Assembly (NCBI GenBank): GCA_964658305.1
Contig: OZ210885.1
Coordinates: 12,834,001 to 12,898,000, forward strand
Reading direction: 5' to 3'
From: Leptogorgia sarmentosa
Lineage: Eukaryota
DNA: 64,000 bases
The translations under genes and the position numbers were made by a program. Shown here piece by piece: positions 33,289 to 47,400 of the stretch (its first letter is position 1; each line of letters starts with the position of its first letter). A model generated the notes under the pieces. That model made no database searches, had not been told where the DNA came from, and saw only the letters and a list, made by a program, of their open reading frames with translations.

Positions 33289-35328
33289 CACTGAGCTATA
33301 AGAATACTGGAGGAAGCGCACGTACCTTTTTTCTGATAAAAAAGTGAAGCCAAAATAATGGCTGATTACGCCATTTTCTGACGCCATCTCCATGACAACT
33401 GGTCCGAAAACCTCACAGAATTACCGCTGACCAACCGCGATCCTAGGCATTTAACAGAGTCATTCACCCTCCCGAAAGTATTTTGATTTTTCTGCTTTTG
33501 TTATCAAATAACACTGCCGAAAAGGGCTCAAAGTTACTGGTATTACTGTTTTTATACTGGTATTTGGATCATACTATCATAGAAAATACTGCATCTACCG
33601 ATAAGAATCTATAAAACGTTTTTCGGGGCCTCCGAGTTTGGCACCTTTTTTACAAGCCTGCTGGTCATAGGATTTCGAATTTCCCATCAACAAGCGAAAG
33701 TTTACCTGAAGACAAAACAGTATTCAGTTATGCACTTTATATAATACTCTAGTTAGTGCAACACTCGTTCATTGTTTGTGTTGTGGTACCATTTTCAATA
33801 CTCTTTTAACAGTGACACCTGGACAGGTTTTAATTTTGAAATACATTATGCTGCAATGGGCACTGATGCACCATAAAATATCTACAAAATTATTGGAAAG
33901 ATTGATTTTGGAACTGGAAACTGAGAGGCTGTCTGCAAACTTGTCTAGCTGTATAATTTAGACACACTGAGGTTACAAGGCATGGCCACATAAATGTGAC
34001 CTCTTAGTCAAAATGTGACACAAATAGATATTGTAAACTTCTGTGAGAGCAATGAGTATTTCTCACATAGGGCAATGCAAGATGAATATGGACAACAGCT
34101 TTGAATTTTGAAGATTTATGGTGAATTGGTTTCTTAAAGATAGACCACTTTTAGAGACCTGGATACATGGGCCTTATTATTCTTTATTATAAATCATTGT
34201 ATGAAGAATTTTAATTGCAATTATAGCACATCAATTATTATGTATGTTTAATTTTGGAGATGTTGATTTCTTCCTTGATTCACTGTGGATAAATTTTGCA
34301 ATAAAGAAGAATGAATTTGCAAAAACTATGAGAATATACAGTAGATATTTTATATATTAGGGGCTGTTTATATTTTGCAGCCTGCTTGCAGCCTACTTGA
34401 TAAGATTTTGCACTTCAGACAAATAGGACTTTGGACAAAATAACAGATTCAATCCCTTCCTTTTAAAACAGTTTTCAACAGTGCTTTGCTCAAGCTACAA
34501 TATGCCAAATCTGATGCCAGATGACTTTACATAATAGTTAAGTTAGTGGTTACAGGGTAATTCATCATCTTTTTTGCCCATTAAATCATTCAATTTGGTA
34601 TTAATAACAATATGACTAAAATCTTCTACATGCTGGAATCCCTCAAGGATTATAAGAATCCCTGGGGCCATGATATGCCAATCAATTCAAAATCTACCCA
34701 TGCAATCCACTCCAGACCAACAAAGGGATGAGATTTAGGATAACATATAGCAGGACAGGACTTATTTGTATCATAATGACAAATATATTAGGAAAGCAAC
34801 TTAATTTCCAATATTTTTACATGATAAAATCGCAAGCTACTATCAATAGTTAAATACTGCTGTGAACAGAGCTCGTAAGACAATTCGACTATTGAAGGTT
34901 TAGTGCTCAAATAATTTACAAAAAGGACTAGTATGTTTTGAAATTTCACGGTGTGACTTCGAAATATAGAATAAGATGTTGTCTTCTTCACATTTCGTGA
35001 GGTTTTAACACTTTTTTTGACATTCACTATTTATAATAGAATATACAACATATCTTACTTTCAGTCCTTTGAGCAAATTTATCGCTAAATAAATAAAATG
35101 CCTAAATATGTCGAAAAAAACTGAAAAAAACACTGCAAAACTGAAGTTTTTATAAAAAAACCAGGGGGGTGTGGAAACGTAGCGGGCTCATAAATCGAGC
35201 CCTGGTAAGCGGTAATTCTGTGAGGTTTTCGGACCAGTTGTCATGGAGATGGCGTCAGCAAATGACGAATTTTTGGCTTCACTTTTTGTTCGCGTGCGCT
35301 TCCTCCAGTAATTTAGTATAGCTCAGTG
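33289..35328. mobile_element. 2-kb non-autonomous TIR DNA transposon (P- or hAT-like)
   Basis: ~130-140-bp imperfect TIRs starting CACTGAGCTATA and ending TATAGCTCAGTG; 8-bp TSD GTATGCGT at 33281-33288 and 35329-35336. No intact ORF. Confidence 0.85.
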
Positions 35329-38300
35329 GTATGCGTGCGATAGAATTGTATCCGCATTTGCATTATATCTGCTTTCGAACAACTGATCCCCCAGATGAAT
35401 AAACTGACATTGCAAAAGTCCGAGGATATTTCTACTTTTGGACAGTAGAGCTACAACGACAAGAGAAGTATTACTCGAATACATGGCAATTACACCCAAT
35501 ATGATAACTACGTTGCTAATTCTCAAAAGCAATTTAACGGGTTTTGATTAATGAGTTATATTAAAAGCGTAACTCTTATTTATCTCCAGCTTTGAATGTT
35601 TAATAAAAGAAATCCTATCCATTTTTGTATGTGACGTTTCACAATGTACAATGCAGGTAACTGAATTAATGTTGTTCTCTGAAAGCCAAAGGTTAAAATT
35701 CAAAACTAAGAGCTTCGAGCTCCAAAGTAATACTGAAGTATTTTTATTTCGTGTTTATTAACAATTTTAACTTAGGTAGCTAAGCTAGGTTATGGAATAT
35801 TGTATTTCAAGATTCCTAGCTATTTGAGCTATGATTTCGAAGTTTTGAGTTTTAACGTTCACGTGAAAACCTCAGTTGAATTAGCTGTGTAAATATGAAG
35901 CCTTGGCCAGGATAGACAGCTTGTCTTTTGGATTAACAAAATCCATGCATGGATTAAATGCATGGATTAAAAAAATGACAAATTTTAATTAAAAAAATCT
36001 TTCATCCATTTAAAACAAACATGTTGTGAGTCAATACGCGTCTACTATTACAATTACGTGAATTTTAAAGATGGGGAAACTATTAATTTTACCTGACAGG
36101 TAATGCGTACACGGAAGTAAGTTTGTGCAAGCAGTGGTTTATTCAAGTTGTTATCACAGAAGCAGGCCGTTCGAAACTCACTCATAATTGCTCATCGTAT
36201 TCACTTACATACTGTGGGCAAAGAAATCGTGTGTTAATCTTCACTTGCGCAGTTTGTGGACTATACATAGGATACTCGACAGTACGCAAAGGTTAGTTAT
36301 GAAAAAAAAAATTAATTAGCATTGGCGAATTAATTTTGTGAATCCTCAGATTAAAAGTAATTTCTCTATCTCAAATCTCCATGGGGACTCAATAAAGGAT
36401 ACTAAAGGAGATAATAATAATAAATACTCACTTACAAAACATGGACCAACAGCTGCGATTTTGAGAAAGTCGCTAAAGATGCGACGGATTCAGAAACGCT
36501 GAACTAATTTTTGGTGCTGAATTGTTGAGTTTGTTTTTCACGTGTTCATGAAGTTTGAGCTCCTCCTTGGATTGAGGTTTGGTTGAGTTTACCGTTCTTG
36601 TTTACGGTATACAGATATTCTTTATCCTGGATGGGAATTGTTGTGTTACATGTGGTATGATTTGACTGAAGTTGCTATGTCCCAATGCACATTCGGTGCT
36701 TCTTCCTGAATAGTTTCCTTTGTCAGATTTAAATACTGACATTCGGCTATTAATGGATGTGGATATAGGTTCTAAGATATCCTGGAGTTGGTAATTTGAT
36801 TTCTTGATGTGTTTATATACGTATGAATGTAGGCATAGGCTATATAATGGAATGTCAGTGAGCTTTCTATTTACGGTATTATCCTTTGGTATAGTAAGTT
36901 GGAAAGTGACATTGTGTGGAGTGTCTATCACAAATAAATTTGTCTACACTGTAGACTTTAGTAAGCCAAAAAACAAGCCTAACTGTTCGAATAATGCTTT
37001 ATGGGAACCAGTTTTTTAATTAACTTGTCCATTGTTTATTCCAATGGCTTCCTTGTTGAGACAGGACCGAATGACTTGTTCGCCTGTTTTGTTATGGAAA
37101 TATTATACTCTGAAATACTTTACGGCCATGCAGGGCATAACGTGCAGTTCTGTTAATAGGAGATGCTTATCTTATTACGATAAATACAAAGTAAATCAAA
37201 TGCACTGCTACTTCATTACCATGTACTTGATTTCACAGACGGGAAAAGTTTCAGCTGATAGCATTGCATTACCGTAGTTGAATGAATTATCTGAAGGACA
37301 GCAATTTATGATGCTTTCCGTTCCCAGGTATTCAAATGAGTTGGGGATTATGAGATTAGCAAACGAAATGTAACTAAAAAAGCACTCTTTCTCCTTTCAT
37401 AGTAACTATTCATACAAACACTCATACAAACAGGCAAATACATATTAATTAATTTCAAAAAATGCAAATACATTATCACGAAGTTGATCTTTACAAAACT
37501 TTACTAAAATTTAAGGGAATTGGATAGTGCGGCACATTTAATTCAGTATTGAAGTCAAGTTTTCAAAATAATTCGTAGCTTTGGGGGGGGGGGGCATTTT
37601 CGCGGCATTATCTTTCGAGCTACAGTATCAATCAAATCGGCATTTTTGGCTGTGGCGCTTTTATGGGCATTGAAAGTGATGTTTTTTCCAATGTTTTGTT
37701 GTGTATCAATAAACAACACTTCCACAGAACATCTAAATATATATATCATCGCCAGAAATTGGGGCATTGGAATCCCGATACATCCCTCAATTGTATAGCC
37801 CCATTATCCCTATCTATCTCTGAACTAGGATAGATAGGGATAATTTACGCACCGCAAGGAAATTGCTGCTTCGGTTGACAGATTAAACGAGAAAATTACC
37901 GAATTTAGAGAGTATATTTAACACGATAGAGACATGAGGGCTTTCACGCGGGTTGCGTGGATTACGCGGGAAATTAAAAAACAAATTGAGTCTTTGAATG
38001 AATGCAATTAAACTCGATAAAATTTATCTTTTTATTGTTCATGTAATAAATGGATGACCATATAGTTTTTAATAAAATTTCAATATCCGAGTGAACCGGG
38101 AGACTGGGGACAACGTATGCGTTCGTTCCAATGTCCGCCATTTCTAGCGATGTATCTAATAAAGAATTATATAGTAGGCATACATTCTAACAGTGTAACG
38201 GTCAAAATATTTGCTAAACGCTCATTTTTAAAATTTATCACTATGAAACTTGAAACTACGAAGAAAGTCAAAACTGTAATCGAAACATACGTTCCTTCGA

Positions 38301-38453
38301 AAGCAATCCAGAAATTACGCCAATTACACCAGGGTATTTTCTTTTGCCAAATTGAGCTCGACTTGGAATCACAAAACCTTGTTCTTACTACCCATTTCGT
38401 GATGCTATAATAATCATATCCTGATATATTCGTATTTTCTGTTTTCTTTCTAG

Positions 38454-41400
38454 ATGTTTACATTTCTAATCGCCATGTTTGCTGCGCTCGTTTTTATAAG
38501 AAACGCAAGTAAGATGTTGTATAAGTAATTTTGAAAAACTGCCTTTTTATATCCATGTCATTTTATTTACCCTTTTTTACCCTGTTCTCCAAAAAAGTAA
38601 CTTGATTGGGTAAAACAGTGGAAAGACGAGAAGCACACTTGTTAAAGCAACTGAAAACGACAAAGAACTTCTTTACGTAACTTTGTGTAAAATGATTTAT
38701 AATCGAGTTTTGAGCATAAAATAGACAGAAAGAGTGGGAAAGGAAAAGTTGGCATGCCGCTAATAACCATTCTACAGGGTGTATCAAAAAAAAGTTTACT
38801 GATGAAAAACATTCTCTAAACTAACGGCCGCTCAAAATTTCCAAAAACTTTCGGTTAGCCTGGGTAGTTTAACACCCTCTGGTATATCTAGCACTAAGTT
38901 TATTTTAAAAACAAACTTTCTTAGGATGGGAAATGTGGTTACTGAAACGCCCATTAAAAACGGCTTGCGCGGAAAAAATAAGTTTTCTTCACACAATTTG
39001 ATTTAATCGGATGAAAATATGGAGTATGATATACAAGCTATTCAAGTTTTAAGAAATTTGGTGCACGCTGAGACGAACGTGCGATGTCCGAAAACTGGAT
39101 TTTCCGCAATTTCTTCGCGTAATTACGGACCTTTGGGAATTAGCTTGCAATTTGCATTGGTAATTAATGCAAATATCCAATTATGCATAAATTAATCGGT
39201 AATCACGCAGGAAAGAACGCAAAATCCAGTTTTCGGACATAGCACGTTCGTCTCAGCGTGCACCAAATTTCTCAAAACTTTAATAGCTTGTATATCATAC
39301 TCCATATTTTCAACCGATTAAATCAAATTGCGTGAAGAAAACTTATTTTTTCCGCGCAAGTCGTTTTTAATGGGCCTTTCAGTAACCACATTTTACATTA
39401 TAAAAAAGTTTGTTTTTAAAATAAACTCAGTGCTAGATATACCAGAGGGTGTTAAACTACCCAGGCTAACCGAAAGTTTTTGGAAATTTTGAGCGCTCGT
39501 TAGTTTAGAGAATGTTTTTCATCAGTAAACTTTTTTTTTATACACCCTGTATAGAAACACCATGCAATGAAAATTTACCAACTACCAGCCGAAACAACAG
39601 TCATTCTTCGCAAAAAGAAGAGAAAAATATGTGTCCTAAGGCGAAAGAAATCCTTTAGTCATTTCGTACAATCGATTTATCAACACTCACCTTTGGTTAA
39701 CGTACTTGCATAATTCCAATTCCAAGTTGTAAGTTTCTATAATTTGCATGCAGTTGTTAAGGCCTGTTCACACCGGTGATTCTGCTGCGATTTCAGGAGC
39801 GGTTTTCTTCTTGTGAATGATGTGAAGGAGTAGATTTCTTATCAATGTTGTTATCAGTTTCCATTATTTGGAACATTTATTTCTCATCAACTCCTTCGCA
39901 TCGTTCAAAATGAGAAATTCGCAGCAAAATATCTCCGGTGTAAACGGGCCTTTAGGTTCCACATTCACTGCGTATCTGATTTCACTGACAATGCACTAGT
40001 ATAAGTAATTCATTTTCGTCTCTATTTTGAATCCTCGACAAATTTTGGGAACACTTCAACACCAGATAACCCAAGTAAAATAGGTAAATTTTTTGTTTTT
40101 CTCCGAATTTTCCTTCGTGCTTTTTAAAATCCTCACGTTTGGAGATTTTTTAAACGCTGTATTGTCATTGTGGCGATTCCATCATCCTCAAATGAGTTTT
40201 GAGATAATCGTTTTCAAATTTCAGGTGAACTAGAGTATATTGTTTATGCGAATGCTACTCATGTTATGTATGTGCCATCAAGTGGTGGGGCAAGTACTGT
40301 CATCCGCTCGGCAATCAATTCGAAGTTGGGTTACGATGTTAGCACAAGAAGACTCTACGTTTTCGATGAAGTGACAACGGCGTTGCAATCAATGAAGCTG
40401 GATGGTTCTGATATCCAGAATTTGTTTAGAATTGGTGGAGGCGTAAAACGATTCACTGTTGATGATGAGAACAAAAAAATCTACTTTGTCTCCGCAGCAA
40501 CTGATTACAGCAACTCGAGAAACTTTGATGGAACAGGTCTAACGGAATTGCTCACTGACGGAAACGAAGATCTGACCGATATTCAAGTGGATCCTATGAT
40601 GCAGTAAGTATTGCAAATATAAAGAAATTTTTCATGAAATTTTAATTTTGTGCTAAATTAGTATAGGAAATTACACGGTTCGAGAAGTATTAATGAAAAA
40701 TTGCACGCGTGAAGAGCAAGTGTAATTTCGTTATTAATATCATTGTAGTACACGTCCACTAACCTTTTTTGTCCAAAGTTGACAATAAATGACAAAAAAA
40801 ACAAGAATTTTGGCGTTGATTTAATCGTTTATTTATTTGTTTTTATAATGTATCGCGGGCTCGAAACCGTGCAATTAAGTTTAATTTGCATACTGTGCAA
40901 ATTAAAGATTAATTTGCACAGTTGTTGAAGCTTTTTAGCCAATCAGCGTCCAGGAAATTGACAACAATGATATTATGTGTGGAATTGAGCGCATTGTTTG
41001 TTGCATCCATTTGTCCCCAATAGCCCTTTTATGTTCTTCATTGAGCATAAAACATCAAGATGTATTCTACCTGGTGTAACTCGCAAGTGTATAATGAATA
41101 AAATATAAAAATCAATAGATATAATTAAAAATGTATATTTCAAAATGTAAAACAAAATGTAGAATGTGTTGGAAAGTTTGTCATAACCGTTATCACCAGG
41201 CTGTTATTCTTTGCTGCCGATGACACCTCCGAGAGAGATTTGGTTGTTTATAATATTACCAGTGGAGAAGTGAGGACGTTGTTCAACGCTAACAGCTCAT
41301 CTATCAGGTTAACACTGGATCGTCGCAACCGGATCATTTACTGGATCAGTTATAACCCTGATAAAACTTTGATGTTACGAAAGACGGATTACAATGGTAA

Positions 41401-44400
41401 TACGACGGTTATCAGCAGTTCATTTGGACAATCTGGGCGACCGGCAATTACGCAAATTGGAAATTACTATTATGTACTTGATTCAACTCAATCTGTCGTT
41501 CGTAAGTTTGACAAAGCAACCGATACAATTGTTCAAAACTTCATAGTTTTTGCGGGAGCGAAAGAAATAATTGGCACAAATGGTAAGATTATTCCACCTG
41601 TACTGTGTGTGTATGTAAATAGTATATCTTTTCTAAAGGATTGCTGTCAGAAAAAAAGCTGCTCTTACCAAGACATGCGACTTGAACCGCTTGTAAATTT
41701 GGTATTTTAATGAACAAGTGCCGGTGATAAAATCAATGGACCTATTTGCATGTGGTAGTGATAAATGTAGTACTGACTTTAATCAATGATTACGGAAAAG
41801 TTGGCAGCATGTGCTTTTTACCAGAGTGCATTTCTGGCATCAAGCAAAACTTTACTGATTACGCAAAATTGTAACAGTTCCTCTATTGCCCCTACACTGT
41901 TAAAAAACAGCGTATAAAAGACGAAAGTTATTTCTAAAACGATTTCAGGCCGCAATATATTTTGAAAAATGTATACACAACTATACAAACCCTGTATTCT
42001 TCAGCTGTACTATAATTACTTGTCTGTGCATAGTTTGCGAAGTTTTTTTTTTGCATTTATAGACATTGACGAATGTGCAAATGGTCATGATTGCCACTTG
42101 AATGCTACATGTACTAATACCATTGGTTCGTATACTTGTTCTTGTAATAGCGGTTTTTTAGGAAATGGAACTGTCTGTGAAGGTATGTGTTAGTAATGGC
42201 CTTCTGCATTGATGTAAAATGTATATGTTTAGAGATTTTCATTTCTATACGCAGCAGATCCTCCCAGCGTGGATATCTACTTTCAGTCGTACTAACCGAC
42301 CCAGCTGCGTGGGCGAAACGGCCGTTTGAAAAATGAGACGATTGATTAAAAATAGATTGACTGCTAATTAATCTTCTGCCAACTTTGGGTATTGTAAGTG
42401 CGGTGTGAAAAAATTGCACTACACAATCCATATAACTTCACTATTTACAGGGAACTAAATTTTGAACATTTTAAATCTTTTAATCGGTTAAAGTTATTTT
42501 GATTCCTTTAGATCCGAAGTGTTATATAGACTCAATATACTTGGCTACTGCTTCTGAAATTTATGTCGTAAGCAACGGATTGAGCATCACGACGATAGCA
42601 TCTGCTACGAATGCAAAACTGGAATATGATAAATTGACTAAAGGAATGCTGTATTTCACTGACGATGGCAATATTTTATACACTATGAAATTGGATGGAA
42701 ATAATCAAACAGTAATTTCATCGGGCATCGACATTGATGCTTTTACCATTGATCATATAGCGAGATACATTTATTACAAAAGTGTGGTTAACAACGATTT
42801 GAAAAGATTTCCAATATCAGACAGCTCAGACATTTCCAATATCATCCCTGACGCTACTGGCGTAAGAGATCTTGATTTTGATGCAGTCTCTCGGTACGTT
42901 TCACTTTGTCATTTTGCACTAATTGAAACTTCAATTGGTGTAAAGTTATGCTTTCTGGTCAATATTGCTCTTTTGAGAAAAAAACATTATTGTATAATGT
43001 CCATCGCGATAAGAGCAATAAATAACGTATGTATTTAGTTGCGGAAATAGACTGGACGAATCTAGTATTACTACAAATCTTATAATTATACATTCCTAAA
43101 TTATTTTTTAATCAGTTTCATTTGTGAACCATAAATAGCTATATAGGTTCAAGTAATCAACATAATTTACATATAAACTAGTGAGATTTATAATAATTTT
43201 TGTTTAAGAATTCCAATGAAGATTCCATTTATTTATTATTATTATCATAGTGTCTTTGTATTGTCAACCATATAACTACTGTAGTATTCTAGCCGTTGAA
43301 CAAAGACCTCAACGGGTAGTACCCAATATTTCTCAATTAAGAACACGGGTAATGCCCACGCTGGACTATCGCCTAAGATTGCTGGTCGGCGTTTCAGTAT
43401 TACTCTTGATATAGTTATATTAGTGTTAGATATAAACCATTTTTCTATATAATAAGAATTTCCTTAATCCCAACCCAAACCCTAGAATCCTAACCCTGAC
43501 TGGTGGGAAAAATATCGAGAAAAAAATGTTTTAATCACTAATTCTGAAAAAATGTGTCGAACTGGGGGCTTGAACTATCAAACTGCAACGCACGCACCGC
43601 GTGCCTTACCACTTGAGCTAAATCCAGCTCGCTGTTCACCACTCTGGCCTGGCTAAATGCATAGGATTATAGACCCGGGCAATCACTCTTCATAATTTAC
43701 CAGGCCAGGCTACTTAGACGATAGTCCAGCGTGGGCATTACCCATGTTCTCAATTGAGAAATATCGGGTACTATCCGTTGAGGTCTTTGTTTAACGGGTG
43801 AGTATTCAGGCTATTCGTTTTACATAACTTCTGGATCCTTTAAAATGCAATCAGATTTCCTTTATAATTTTCTTTATCCCTTCCTCATGGAATATCATTT
43901 TTTTGATTTTTTGATGTTGTCTTACAGCGTGTTAGATTTTTCCAACTCTGACAATCATGGCGATATTGGACGATACAATCTCTCTACGGCATCAGAATTT
44001 GTTCCAGCTGGTGGTTTTCCTGGAGATGTTAGCGTCGATGAGGCTAAGGAAGTGGTTTATTGGACGAATTACATAAGTGGTAGCGATACTTACGAAGTGA
44101 TGAAGACATATTACAATCAAACAACAGTCCAATTAACAGAATACGCTGGACCAATAGCTGCCATTAAACTTGCCCAAGGCGAAAGATACCTGTATGTTCT
44201 CAATCCAACTAGTGCTGAACTTGACATAATTGACAAAGAAAGTGAAGAGGTTTTGGAAACATACAGCATCAGGGCAGCCACAAGTGCAGTTGCTGCTGCT
44301 GATGGTAAGTTTTGTTTTCCCCACGTGTATTATGGCGAATTTTGCAATGTTTATAAACTTTTATTTTTATCTTATGCAAGATGTGGATGAATGTTGCCTC

Positions 44401-47400
44401 GGTGGTTACTGTCATGTGTATGCCACGTGTACAAATAAGCCCGGGGGGTATGACTGCCAGTGTAAATCTGGATTAACAGGAAATGGAACATATTGTGAAG
44501 GTTTGTGTTTCACATTGTGCATGAGTTGAATTGGACCATGTTTTTCGCAGTTAACATGTCAGTAGTTCATATATAGCATTCTCATTGGCTGGTTTCCTTA
44601 AAGACCTTTGTGATTACCGCTGGGATGGATACACCTGGTAGGAAGTGATATTTTTATTGGCAAAACGTCTTCGAGACAAAGGAATCATGTATGACGAGTG
44701 AACTGTGTAAAGCAAATATATTTTCAGCCATGCCCACGATGTCAAGCAATCCTAGTAGCTTGAGGTGAATTTTTTTAGACCAAAAGAACAAATCCATCAC
44801 AAGAGCTATGTAGAAATAGCTTGTCAAAATTGGTAAAATTGCAAAATTTGGTCGTGAAATGTTGTAAATGCCATGCAAAATTTGAATATGTGCAATACTT
44901 TTATGTGAGGAAATCTGCACCATTTTCAGCTCAAAGGTGGTGAAAAAAATTCCTCTTATATTATTGGATATGTATGGAAAAATTCCCCTGTTTTCATGCA
45001 CATTTATATTTTGCGCATTAATTTTAACAACATGTCGCAACGAAACAATGCACTTTTACCAATTCTAAAATGCACTTTCGAGATATGGTGATGGATTTTG
45101 CGGGAAAAGCCAAAAGTCGAAGTGTATGTTTAAGAAAATACGCTATAGTCGTATATATTTAGCATGCCGACAAATACTTAGTGGGCGTTGTCATTTCCAA
45201 ATTATAAAACTTTGTTTAGATATCGACGAATGTCAAAATACATCTATCTGTCACCAGAATGCCACTTGCGATAACAACTTTGGATCATATACATGCACGT
45301 GCAATCCGGGCTTATCTGGGGATGGTAAAGATTCGTGTGTTGGTAAGTTTTGTTTCAAAATACTGCTCACAAAAAGGGCTGTAAATATCAAGGCAATATA
45401 CAGACAATGGCGGAATCACCGAGTACTTTAATGATCTGGGTAAATAATCTATTCTGTGATGACTAAAATACAGTCGAAACGTACATTGTGTACAACTACA
45501 AATTGTTATATTATTCGGGAAAATTAGCAACATTATCCTACCATATAAGTGCCAGCACACATTAGCTTCCTTACTTCAATACGTCCTTCTATGCAGACGT
45601 CTAGTTTTTCTGAACTGAACGCCATCGCAATTACGTTCACTGATCAACTGAACAAAACAATGATGTCTGACATGGATTCCATGTCGTAGACGCAAAGCAT
45701 TTCAAATACCCCTGCAGGTAGATAGTCCTGGACATTAGATTTCTTCAGTAGAGCTCGTATGTGATCTTCGCTATAAGCATTGCTTTTTATTTTTGAGTCC
45801 CAAGCATCTCAGACGTTTTCTAAATGTAACCAAACAGTCGTATTGAATGATGTGGAGATACGAGGCCATTTTAAAGGCAGCTAAATTAAGCGGGAATCTC
45901 AAATTCTCTCGTTGATGTTGCAGTATGTAGCAGAATTTTAAGTTCTTGCCATGGGTTCAGTACGAGTTTGACTTTGTGGTCCAGAACCTCGCAGAACATG
46001 GCCTAGTAGCCCGATATCCCAGACTATTGTATTTTAGTTGGCGTTAACATTGCGTTAGCGATGTTTGTTTAGATATCGACGAATGTGAAAATACATCTAT
46101 TTGTCACCAGAATGCCACTTGCGATAACAACATTGGATCATATACGTGCACGTGCAATCCAGGATTATTTGGAGATGGTAAAGGCTCCTGTGTTGGTGAG
46201 TTTTGTTTCAAAAAAATCTGGAAATACAATGTGATTGCATGTAGTATGATGCCGATGTAAATATGATGGCCTCCTGCATGTCCGGATGCGTCGATACAAC
46301 CTTGAAGATACCAAGCGTTTTTGACGATTCAACACGGGGACATCATACACAGCCGTTGAACAAAGACCTCACGGGTAGTACCCAATATTTCTCAATTGAG
46401 AACACGGGTAATGCCCACGCTAGACTATCGCCTGAGATTGCTGGTCGGCGTTTCAGTATTACTCTCGATATAGTTATAGTAGTGTTAGATATAAACCATT
46501 TTTCTATATACTAATCCCAACCAAAACCCTAGAATCCTAACTCTGACCATTATGGTCAGAAAAATATTGAGGAAAAAAATTTTCGTCACTAACGCTGAAA
46601 AAGGTAGATTTTTAAATAACTCAGTGATACACCAGAGAGTGCTAATCTACCTAGGTCACCTGAACGTTTTCACAAATTTCGCGCGTTCGTTAGTTTAGGG
46701 GATATTTTCATACACCCTGTATAATTCTTGAACTAATGATAGGTAGAATCTCGCATGTCGGAAAGTGGATCATTTAACACGAAACGCATACCATGTTATG
46801 GAAATCACAAAAACACACTTTATAGTTCTGATTTTTCAATTGACATTATTTTCGCCGTTATAGAACACAAGTTATGAAACACAGTTTTAGATTGCAATTC
46901 CAGTGTTCACAGATCATAAAAACAATCGATTCCAATTAACGATATTCAACAGTGGCTGCAGCTTAACCGTTCTTTCTGTAATTGCCAATTTTAATCGCTT
47001 CAATTGAATGTTACACGTGTTCCACCACTTTTAATAAAGTTCCTCTAAATCGGCAACAGAAACACTCAACAGGCCCCTATTCTTATAATATGCAAGATCA
47101 AGCGATGTTAGCTGAGAAACAAGAGTAGCTACTTAATCCAGAGAATAATTCAATATTTTTCATATACAGTTAAACCAAGTTCATCGATCAACATCGGCAT
47201 CATCATTGGAATTGTAGTCGCGGCTGTGGTTGTAGTGGCAGTAGTTATCTTCACAGTGTGTATCCTCTTCAAAAGAAAAACAGTCGGAACAAACCAGAGA
47301 AATATTGAGAATAATGAAAATACTGGTTATGACGACGTCTTGTCACCACGTATAGATCTACTGCAAATACCAGATTCCCAAAGTGGATACGAAGAACCAT

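Noticed and set aside
36110..36291. Possible promoter and non-coding first exon of the receptor gene (CGGAAGT motif, AAG|GTTAGT donor)
   Set aside because: Plausible, since the ATG at 38454 directly follows an acceptor AG, but it cannot be supported without transcript data.
36602..37330. Possible degraded retroelement ORF on the minus strand
   Set aside because: No diagnostic motif was recognisable by eye; BLASTX would be needed.
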